DNA from: Tubulanus polymorphus
Lineage: Eukaryota; Animalia; Nemertea
Assembly (NCBI RefSeq): GCF_964204645.1
Contig: NC_134031.1
Span: 7,626,001-7,690,000 of the forward strand
DNA length: 64,000 nt
Direction: 5' to 3'
Shown here: positions 12,902 through 24,900 of the stretch, piece after piece
Layout of the letters: each line of letters begins with the position of its first letter
How positions within the stretch are numbered: position 1 is the first letter of the stretch
Made by a program: the position numbers and the translations under genes
The notes under the pieces: generated by a model
Seen by the model: the letters and a program-made list of their open reading frames with translations, nothing else
Told to the model about the DNA's origin: nothing
Database searches by the model: none

Positions 12902-15900
12902 CTGAAAGATATAAAAAGATTGTAATGAGTAATGGCGTCAGTCCCCATATGTCCAAAAATACAGCCAATCACATTCGCTTGTAGAGACAACGCCCCCAAT
13001 CAAGGTCATTGCAATTTCATATTGCAAGAGCTAAGAATTTTTCCGCAAAAAACAGTGGTTCAAGAAATTTTAACGAAGCCGACCATGTCATCGACGGAGC
13101 TTTGGCAGGTCTTCCATCGCATCAATTATACGTCGTTTAGGCCGAGAACCAATGAAACAAAATAGAACAAGAGCCCCAAGAGGCACTATGGCCAGCCTGT
13201 CAGCTTTTCATAAAATGGCAAATGATGCATTCTGTGGGTTAAATTTGTCCAAATACACTCAATAGACTAGTCAATCCCAGCCTAATAATTTACATAATTC
13301 AATCGTGCTTTCATAAGTAGCACAGACAGGGACTGTAGCTGGTAGGAACAAATACATCAGATAAATCTTTTCCCTTGGTCTTAGTGATTTGAATGCGGAA
13401 TAGAATTGAATTTTTTAAAATTTGCTCAATAAAACAAAATTGAATTGGATTTGCTGTTTAACCTTAAGTAAAATTGAATTGGATTTGATATCTTTTTTGC
13501 AAAATAAAATTTGATGGAATTGGCAGTTGGAGCACATGGCTTATTAGCATATCAAGGTCATCCATCCGATTCGAGAAAAATCTATTTTTCCCGGACTTTG
13601 CACAAATATCAATGATATTTTCTGTAGTGCAAATAAAAATATTCCACCCAAAAACCAAATCAACAATGATTTCACAGAAATCGATATTGAAATACAATTT
13701 TAGATCTTAAAATAAAACCCGGAAGTAAAATGGTAGACGATACCGCGGGGTTACGTGAACACCTGCTGACCTCTGCAGCTAAGCCAATCATAGAGGAGTC
13801 TTTGCTTTTTGATTGGCTTTTTAAAACAGATATTTTTGCGATCAGATTTTCGTGAAAAAACTCATACAAATTTTTACGAGGCCCTCTTTAAAAATTCAGC
13901 TTCATAGGGGTTGGAGAATGGATAATGCTCTAATGAATGATTTGTATGAATATATGCTCAGTTGCACAGTCAAAGAGCCTTAGCTCTGGAAAAACCATGT
14001 CATTCAAATTCGCTCCATTTGTATAGTAATAGGCTCAGCCTACGGCTGGCCTAAAAACGTACCGCGACTTTACATAATTGGCTCAATGCCAACTCCACTA
14101 TCACTAACAAAGGTAAACCAAAAAGGTCACATGATGACCATCTTGTGTCCGATCAAGGGGATACATTTACATATAAAACATCATGAGATAATCAACTGAG
14201 CAACAAGAACTGCCAGTCAGTCATCTTGACGTATCGGCCCCACTCCGTGCGGTTCCGCCACCGTGCGGGATTTACGCGAAGCAGCAAACACAAACATGGC
14301 CACTCTCTCAATTTTCAATGATAGAAATCGTGTGTGCATTTCAATTATTTCGGCTGTTAGGGTTTTAAGGCACAATATAAGTTGATGATGTGATATGGCG
14401 ATGTTAATTAATGATAATTCCACAGTGAAGCTAGTCACGAACGGTGCCGATTGAGTGTACAGCTGCAAAAAACACTGAAATGTGCGTAGTTGCGTAACTA
14501 TTTGCAGTGAATTGCAGACGAAACATGAAGCCTTAACGGCCGTTTAAAAAAAAGTTATACCAATCGCAATTGTAAAATAAAAATGAGATAGAACCTAAGT
14601 TAAAATTCTGGCCATTTCTAAAATGTTATTACTAATTTTTAGTCAGTGCCGAACGTTTAGTTTTCCAACAATAATGAGGGGTGGTAGGTAGTCATGCAAT
14701 TCAAGTCATCATTTATTACATGTTACTTCCGTGTTGTTGAAAATCTCGCGAGTCCTGGACCAAACCCCATTGAACAATGTGATCGGTGTGCTGGCCACAA
14801 ATGCACACAGATCACACTACACTACCCATTACAAACTCCAGTACCCACAGCTTTCATATATACATCCAAATATTTAGAGTGCCTTTCTTCCTGATTTATG
14901 ATTGAGTCGGCAGTTGTGTCTAGGGTAGATACATCTATAGACCAAATATCCAAGTCCCAAGTGGGCTTTAAAACCTGGTTTAGATGGGATGGTTTACCAA
15001 GGAGAGGGGATATATCGGGAGTAAATTGAAGTGGTAAGAAACTAGGGGTCCAGGGACACCATGCCCACTTGGGAAGTGGTTTCAAATGCTCAACAATCTA
15101 ACAATTTCAATAATCAACGCTCCCCGGTGACCATATACAAAAACCAATGACCTTGAAACTCACCACAATCATGGAACATGTCAGCAGCTATGATTTTGTA
15201 ATTGATTGTGATAACAAAAGTTACTCGTTACCAATTATTATGGAAATACTAAGTTATTCTACTACTTAACGCCCCCTGGTGACCATATTCAAAACCCAAT
15301 AACCTTGTAACTCACCACAATCATAGAACATGTCATGAACTACAACTTCGCAATTGATCATGGTAACAAAATATGCCTATGTACCAATATTAGGAAATAC
15401 TAGGTTATTCTACTATTCAACGCCCCCTGATGACCATATAGACATCTTATTTCCTTAAAACTCATCACAATCATAGACGATGTCATGAGCTACAACTTTG
15501 CAATTGATTGTGGTAGCAAAATATGTATTGGTACAAATATAATATAGAAATACTAAGATATTGTATCATTCAACACCCCCTGGTGGCCATATACAAAAAC
15601 CAATGAACTTGAAACTCACCACAATCATAGAACACGTTATAAGCTACAACTTTCTTCATTCATTGTTGTAAGAAAATATGCTTAGGTATCGATATAATGT
15701 TGAAAAACTTTTTCCCACCTACGAATGAGTACTGATGACACCAAGATGGCCGCCAATTGCGTCATAATTGGTTGTTCAAAAATACCTGTCTCAGGTATAA
15801 AACATCCCTTTCCAAAGAATACCCATCAGCAATTGCAATGAGAAATGGCAAACAAGTAGGAAGCTACAGGACTCAGAATTCGGACCAAAGTTGACATTTT

Positions 15901-18900
15901 TTGGGCACTTAAAAGGTCCTAGGACAACCATCTTGAGTCCGATCGACCCAATTGTTGTAATGCTGATGGGCCCTGGGAGGGTTCAAATGTATAAGAAAGA
16001 TCAAGGTAATTGATCGAGGCGTCTTCAAAATTTCCCTCAAAAAGTTAAAAAACGTGTTAAAAGTGCTGATTTTGGCGAACAACAATGGCTGCCAGTCGGC
16101 CATCTGGATTCTGACAGAGCCAGTTTTTGGGCTGAAGATGTGTCTAGGGTAGATACATGTATAAACCAAATATCAAGACATTACCTTGAAGCGTCTTCAA
16201 AACTTCCCACAATAACTGGATTCCGTCTACGGATGGACGGACGACGGACGAAAAGTGAACGCAATAGCCCGCTGTGACTAAAGTCCCAAGTGGGCTAAAA
16301 ATATGGATGTTCTCGAGAAAAACTGGGATTAGGCACCATGGCAGTGTGACAGTCGCTCCCTGATAGTGAAAAGAACTCACCTTCAACCTTCTCATCATCA
16401 TCTGATGAAAAATCGTCATCGAGATCAATCTCCTCTGGATTGTTAGTTTTAGTCATTTCTCCAAGTTCTTCATCTGTAGTTTTACTCCTACATAATCATT
16501 GAATCAACAGAAATAAGATACTTGCTTGAATCAAAGTTCCAAAATTAAAACTTCATTCATCGTTTTCTCAATTACCTGACAAACAGTATGCCTTTATCTG
16601 GTTTCGGTTGATCTTTCAGTGACTCTTCGGCTAACTGTCGAGCACGCTCCTCCAGTTTCTGCATTTCGTTTGGTCTATCTTCACCTTCTGCTGCAGCATC
16701 TGCTTCTAGAAAGTATGCAACACAATACATAGTATTCAAATACTGTATGATGTTTGTACACTCAAAATCCAGTACAATTCACCCTGACAAAATATTCCTA
16801 AAATCTGGGATCCAGTTCCACATTTCTGAGTTGAATTTGACACAAAATTGATGATGAAAACATTGAAAATGAATTGATTTCAACTCAATTAAATCTCACT
16901 CACAACTGTGGAACCATACCCTGGCTGGTAAAATTTATTACACATGTACCGTAAAATGGATTCAGTGAAAGCCGTTTCCAAACTAGGGGTCCAGGGGCAA
17001 CATGCCAACTCAGTGAAATGCTTGCCAAACGGACTATATCAATATTTTAAATATTCAATGCCCCTTGGGGAAAAAATACAGTAACAAATATCCTTGAAAC
17101 TCATTGCAATATTTATTTTAAATATCATTTTCGACAGATGGGTAGTAGTAACCAACCACAATATTCATATACATGTGGGATATTACGTTTAGTTACTGCA
17201 TCACTGATGATGCAATTTCAAGTAATCCATATATCGACACCAATGACCTTGGAAGTCACCATAGAACAGGTCTTGAGATATGAATTCGCAATTTTTCTAA
17301 AATGACTTTTTCTAGGCTAGATATGTGCATAAACCTGATCGAGTAAAATCTAGGAAATGGGTAGTGGTTTTTCTTACAACAGTTCAGTACGGATTCGATA
17401 AATTTTTCTTCATTTACTTTAGTCAAATCAATGAAAATATCTCCAATTATTCAATTGAATAATGTTACCTTTGTACAGACCTAAGGATTATGTACACCCA
17501 AATAAAGCAATCTGAAAACAACTTCGGTACTGTTGGGTAATAGACATAGACACGTGGTAGACAAAAGGTTAACTTGTGCAAAATTTTACCGTGGACCTAG
17601 TTATTAAAAATTTGGAAACTTAGAATATCATAACAAGTAAGTCAATTTGATTTACAACAAACTATCCAGCTCTAATGAAGAGAGCCTGGTCCCCTGATGG
17701 TCATCGGTAAGGTTCCACAGTATTGTATGTATGTCAACGAAAGATTTTTGAAAAATGTATCTAAAAATAAATTTCAATAGAGATAAAGAGAGTAAATACG
17801 ATATCTCACCAGCTGCTTTTTTATTCGAAGATGCAGCTAACATCTGCGACGACATGAAATTCACTTGTGTATTGAACGTAGCCTGAACGCTACGTTTAAT
17901 TCGCAGCATCTCGCGAAGTGTGTCTTCGTTGCCGTGTTTTATTTCAAATTCTTTCCACGTTTGCCAGAAATCGGCCGTCGTCTGAAAGGATATCATATAT
18001 TGAAGGTTAAAATACCGGTGCACATCGATTTGGCCTCAAAATCGTTTTAACCGAAAACAGAAGTTTCCAAAATGGATATTCTTAGCAGATGTCAAAACTG
18101 AATTTGCCCGAAACCATTAAACATCTCCAAACGGTGGGATTCGGATTTTCTCAAGAGCAACCCATATTGAATGAATGCATGAAAACTGATACATGCTTTC
18201 ATTCTGAAGAAGACAAATTGAACTGACGATACTTTCTTGTGAGCCAAGAATATTCTCATGTAAAAATTATTACTAAGTCCATTACTAAGGACTCTTACTG
18301 TCAATTTGATTTGGCTGAATTAAAACAAATTGCCTTTAATGATTATCAATCAAATATATTCACAAAAACCATTCAGCACAAGGATATACTCAAATAGACA
18401 ATAACTTGTAGCATACCCTTGGGTCACAAATTTGTGAACAGTGTGCATACAATGCCCTAGCTCTGTCAATTTCACCAAGTTTACGTTCCAAATCAGCAAA
18501 CCTCAAACACATTTGCCTGAAAAAGAAAACATCAAGATCATCAACACATACAGCAATTCAGATTTGAGACAGAAATATTCAGGCAAACTGAAATTTTTCC
18601 ATAATACGACCTGGTATGTTTGGACTTATCATTATTTGGACAAATTATTCAAATAATTTCATAGGCCCAACTTTCTTCATGATGTTAAGATCTGACTGAA
18701 TAGTTTCAGCAAAAAGTGAAGCTATCAATATAGTCAAGGTTTTCTGCCACTTCAGTAGAAAACCCCATAGTAATTTATCATCTATTTTATCTATTATTAT
18801 TAGGAAAAATCCTTTCAAATTCGACAGCTTATCGCTATTACGCCCCTTATCAACGGATATCAATTTCAATCGGACATGTATTTATTTCGGATTTTTAGCT

Positions 18901-21900
18901 ATATTATACAAGCTAAAAAGTTATGATTGACTTTTCTACTTGGTGTTTGGAATAGTTTTCATCAATAATTGATTTATTTACAAGGATTGATTGATTGAAA
19001 CGTAGAATGACTTTTAGTGTAGAAACTGACTGAGTAAGCGGAATCCTCACTCCAAAGTAGTTAGTTAGCGCAGTATCAAATTCTACTTCATCGTGCAATG
19101 CCGTAGTCGACATACCTTGATTCATTGTCTGGAAGTACTTCCACAGCTTTTTGATAGATTGCACGGGTGTGAGTTACGCCATAGATTTCAGCGGCACGCT
19201 TAATGTAGATATTAAACATCTGTAGATGAGAAAAGGAAACAAATTTCACAAAATGATCTACCATGCTCGGCAACTGAGATAGATTAATATCCCTAGTGTC
19301 TGTGTCAAGATTAACAGTTATACAGTAGACCTCGCTTACCTCCGATCTCACGTAAAAACATACAGAAATATCACTTCACAAATAAAGTATTTAAATACAA
19401 GTTATTCTTCATTTTACGTGTGCCAATTGAATCCTGGGTTAATATTCTAATTGTAAAATGCATAATAAATCAAAAAGAAATACTAATCAACAAAGAAGAT
19501 TTCCATTTCCCGCCTGTTCCAGCCAAAAAAGTTGTTATTCCTTCAACTTTCATTGCTTCTGCAAGATCGCTGACAAAGAAATATCGGATAGAAAATAAAT
19601 CCTGTTAAATTATGTCCCCTTTTTGCGCGTGCAATTTTGATAGGTCAAAATGAAATGCTACAAGGCTGCAGCAGAAATTATACATCAATCACGTAGAGCA
19701 TCGACCTTTGTGCTGAGACATGTTATAGTTTCCCTTATTTGATTGATAATTCTAACCTGTCACACCCCCTGGCATTAACAAATTCACAAATTCTCAGGTA
19801 AATTTTTTGGACCTTATTGAATGGCAGTGTCAACATCAATTAACTCTGCTCCATCCTCAATGCTGATTGGGCAATTCTAAAATAGTTGTAGCTCAGTTGC
19901 CTAATATGAGATTTGAAGTAACATCGAGGAAGAAATGCAGACTGAAAGAACATTGAAATCTAGTGGAATCCACTGCTTATTGCTAGCTTCAATTGAGCCA
20001 GTAGATAAACAGCGAGTGCACAAGGAAGAAAAAGGGTAATATTCACCTCATGTTGTTCTTCCGGTAGTACAGCCCTTGTCGCACGGTCATACACAGCCAT
20101 TGCGTGACGAGCCAAACCATGTTCTTCCTCTAACTTGGCGTACAATAAATACAATTCTGAAACAACAAGCATTCTGTAAATGGTCCATCAGGAATCCATT
20201 TCAGTCATGAAGAGACTGCAATAATAGTAAAGCATGCCTCGCCTTTTCAGTTAACATCACTGCAGGTATATTGTCTTCACCTAACACCTATTTTGGGAGT
20301 CTCCACATATTGAGTCAATATGATCAGATACGACATGGAAATTTTACGTCTGTTGTAGAATCATGTTACCAGAAAGTAGTGTAAGGACAGGGAGTGTTAC
20401 AATGTATCATCTTAGTTAGACTAGGGGTCCAGGGACACCATGCCCACTTGGGAAGTGGTTTCAAATGCTCAACAATCTAACAATTTCAACATTCAACGCC
20501 CCCTGGTGACCATTTACAAAAACCAATGACCTTGAAACTCACCACAATCATAGAACATGTCAGCAGCTACGATTTTGTAATTGATTATGATAACAAAATA
20601 TGCCTTGTTACCAATTCAATACGGAAATACTAAGTCATTCTACTATTCAACGCCCCCTGGTGACCATATTCAAAACCCAATGACCTCGAAACTCACCACA
20701 ATCATAGAACATGTCATGAACTACAACTTTGCAATTGATCATGGTAACAAAATATGCCTAGGTACCAATATAATAAGGAAACACCAAGTTATTCTACTAT
20801 TCAACGCCCCCTGGTGACCATATAGAAAAACTTATGTCCTTAAAACTCGCAACAATCATAGATGATGTCATGAGCTACAACTTTCCAATTGATTGTGGTT
20901 ACAAAATATGCATAGGTACGAATATAATAAAGAAATGCTAAGATATTGTATTATTCAACGCCCCCTGGTGGCCATATACGAAATCCAATTACCTTGAAAC
21001 TCACCACAATCATAGAACACGTTATGAGCTACAACTTTCTAATTGATTGTGGTATCAAAATACGCTTAGGTATCAATATAATGTGGAAAAACTTTTTCCC
21101 ACTTACGAATGAGTACTGGTGACACCAAGATGGCCGCCAATTGCGTCATAATTGGCTGATGAAAAATACCTGTCTCAGGTATAAAACATCCCTTTCCAAA
21201 GAATACCCATCACAAATTTTAATGAGAAATGGCAAACCAGTAGGAAGCTACAGGACTCAGAATTCGGGCCAAAATTAACATTTTTGGGCACTAAAAAGCT
21301 CATAGGACGGCCATCTTGAGTCCGACTGACCCAATTTTTGTTATGTTGATGGGCCCTGCGGGGATTCACATATACCCGAAAGATCAAGGTAATTGATCAA
21401 CGCGTCTTCAAAATTTCCCTCAAAAAGTTCAAAAATGTGTAAAAAGTGCTGATTTTGGCGAACAACAATGGCTGCCAGTCGGCCATCTTGATTCTGACAG
21501 GGCTGAAGATGTTCTAGGGTAGATACATGTGTAACCCAAATATCAAGACGTTACCTTGAAGCGTCTTCAAAACTTCCCAAAATAACTGGATTCCGTCTAC
21601 GGACGGACGACGGACGAAAAGTGAACGCAATAGCCCGCTGGGACTAAAGTGGGCTAAAAAGTAAATATCCAAGTCTGTAGTAGAAGTACGACACTGCACT
21701 TGAGCAAAAAACTAATCAACAACCTGTACAGGTGAAGAATTATGTGTACGTCCATTCAAGCTAACCTGCGCATGTATCTGCACACTTGGGCTAGTCAGGC
21801 AGGGTTTCATACCGTGGCAGTCTTGATGCATCTGAGAATGTCTCTGAGTGGAATCCCAGTTCCCAGATATGAACCCAGGTCCCAGCTGCTAATGTCTGCT

Positions 21901-24900
21901 AGGAGTCTGAAGCAGTCTTCACTCAAGGACAGTGTTTTCATTAAAAGCCGGGTGTCGGGTCCCGGACCCGTCTGTCAGTCCTTTTAAACCCGGCTGATTT
22001 TTTCAACCCGACATTGTTCCCGAATGGCTTTTGGCGGCTATCAACACGACAGTGTATTTTCTGGTCAGAAGTATTTGTGAATATATGCTTCACACACGCG
22101 TCACTGCCGTGTGGTTTCACTCTACTCACTATTACTAGCTATGTGAAAAACGCGCCTCGACGCGCATGGCCTAGTTAAAGTTTTCCAAGAAATTGGCAAC
22201 GTTCCAATCAGCTGTCAGCGAAGCTGTACGTGCCGCGAATGTTGGCTGTTGCTGCAGGATTCCATTTGCAGCGGGCCTTGCAATCATTGAATTATTAAAA
22301 GGGAAATTCAAGGCCTTGAATTCAGCAATGGTCTTCAAAATCGATCTAGGGCCTTCAATTTAAAAAATTTTCCAAATCTGTAGATCTAAAAAGTGCTTAC
22401 TTAGGTTTGAAAAAAGTGCGTTTTAGTGCTGATATTTTTCCTATAGCCTTACAACTACGTCAAAGTTGGTCGAGACCCTGCTGTTTTACTAAATGACCTG
22501 ACGGCTAAAGTGATTAATGAAAACACTGAAGGATATGAAGACTGCTACAGACTCCAAGCGGAGATTAAACAAGTATCAAGAACTTCAAAGCACCTAGGAC
22601 TGTACATTGTGGGAACCCTGCTGTCCAAGATGATCAGGCCTTATTTACCTTCACCTGTTGTCATCGATCAAGCAGGGATGAAAACGGCCCATATTGAAAA
22701 AGTCGGAAAATATTTTCAAAAAAAAAAGAATTTTTTTGGGGAACAAAAATCAGTAACGTTTAGCCAAAAAACTTACTTCCTTTTGGTCAAAAAGTTAATA
22801 GTTTGGGCCTGAATTAGAGCCGTATTGGTTTCTCCGACTCCACAGTTGTGCCAACAACTGCCGAAAACTGTCTTAAGGAGCACTCCTAACTACGGAGCGC
22901 TCCGATGTGACGCCCGCGATTGAGGTGATTAAAGCAATTGAGGTGATTTACACTGTTCTCAGGAATAAAGAAAATGTTAGAAAAGGTCGGAAATCCGTCT
23001 ATGGTCGGAAGATTTTCATCCCTGATCAAGGAGGAAGTACTTTAGTTGACAATATACAACTTTACTTTTGATTTTTTTGGGTAGCTTTTTAGCTTCATTA
23101 TTAATCATTGGGGCAGAACTTTATCAAATGCCTTTTCAAAGTCAAGATAAATGCAGTTGATGGACTAAATATAATTAAAAGCGCTTGTCCATTCATCTAG
23201 AGTGTGCGGCAGGTTAAAACGAAGTAATTTTTTTTGTATCTAGGTAGAGTTACGTAGAATTTCTCCGGGTTATTATAATAACGTAAAATTTATGCTATTC
23301 AGGTAAAAATGCGTGAACAAGGTTTAAATTAATTTTAAAAATGAACAATCATGAAAGATCAGCATAAAGCATCAGACCACTATTGATAATCAAATTTGTC
23401 CAAACAATAATTACCTTTTGTAAATTTTGGAGGACACCCATCGAGACATTGTTCAAACAAATCCCTCGCTCGTTCCAGTTTTTTACCCCCCTGAAAAAAA
23501 TGAGAAAAAAATCGTTAAGAACTTATTTCCAGAGAGCTTTTAGAAAATCCCTGCTACAAGTAAGTACTTACGTATCTTTCAATGAACTTTGCCAAATATG
23601 TTACCCAAATATCGTAAACATTGGGCCATTTGAATAACGCAATTCCTTTTTCATATGCCTGTAAAACAAACAGAACATTTGAAATTTTACTGAAGCTATT
23701 TCTAAGGTCAGCTTTCCAATGATTTCTCTTAGCGATTGCGTTCTGATGTTGAAATTAGAGTCTGGGTGATGAAAATCAGAAACAGATATTTTCAGTCAAA
23801 ACCAAGACCACCCTAGAGAATGAGATGGCTGTGAATATCATGATTTGGATATTATTCACCATATCACGATTCAACGTCATAAAATTTCAAAAGATTCCTT
23901 TAACTGGTTATGCCTGTATCCTGTACACAGATATACAGACAGACGGTAGAAGATAAAGTAAAATCCCTTACACTCCACACATTAACCGAAGACAAAAAAT
24001 GCATCCAGGGTAGAACCTTTTGAGAATCAGGAACGTATCTAGTTTACTCGTAATTGCGACGGAGTGATCGGCAGGTGGGTCAGTTGAGTAAGGTACTAGA
24101 TTGAGTAAGGTAATGCTAGTTAAACACTCCCGAGTTAGATAATCATTTTAAGGGATTTGCTTGAATAAGACACATCCATATTTTGCAATTTTGCATTTCA
24201 CACTACCTACCTTGAAAGCTTCCTCATAGTAGTTGTTTTCTTCGAGAAACATACCATAGTTGATGATGATTTGCGGATTAGCAATGCGAAGATCAATTAT
24301 ATGGTCATAAACGGCTTTGCAAGTCTGCAAAAAAAATACATCAGTATCATGTATAGTGAAGACCTGCTTTAAGCGAATCAGTTTGATGCAGCTTGTCAGC
24401 CATCTTGAATGCGATTAATTCTAATTGAAAAGGGTTAATCTTCATGCCACCACACGACACCTAACATAAGAATTTACGGATTTTATCACAACTGGTTTTT
24501 TAGTTATCATGGTGACGCCAAACTTCATGTGGTTGTGGATGTGGTACAACCAAACCATACTTCCAACTTCACCAAGGGGATATAATAAGGTAATATCAGA
24601 TGATAAACATGAGCTCCAGGGGGCACAACAGCCACTTCATGAATGCAATTTGTGGGTTAGGCCTATATGCGACAAAATACACTTTCTGCAGTGAATTGAT
24701 ATACACAGTAATTGTAGTGACATTGCATTTGATTTGATATCTTTTGCTAAATGAAATCTTATTCAACTTCCCGACACTAATTAGCATATAGCAGTCATCT
24801 AACTTGAGACTAAGGGTCTAGGAATGAACACCATGCCCACTTGGAAAGTGGTCTGAAATGCTGGACAATTTGACAATTTAAAAATCCAATGCCCCTGGTG

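Larger units (their letters stand above)
21700..23210 (-). mobile_element. Decayed CR1-type LINE RT fragment interrupted by two MITEs
   Basis: Minus-strand translations CIYLDFEKAFDKV (~23115-23160) and AGFPQCTVLGALKFLI (~22575-22625) resemble the RT motifs YLDFxKAFD and GVPQGSVLGP. Confidence 0.7.

Noticed and set aside
12902-16380. Missing micro-exon before the last XAB2 exon
   Set aside because: Exons 19 and 20 join in phase, and KVEEVAVP aligns without a gap to human RLEQQSVP.
20581-21699. ORFs in family A and B repeats (also 15909, 36185, 13464, 62128)
   Set aside because: Frames are not conserved between copies, so these are chance ORFs in repeats.
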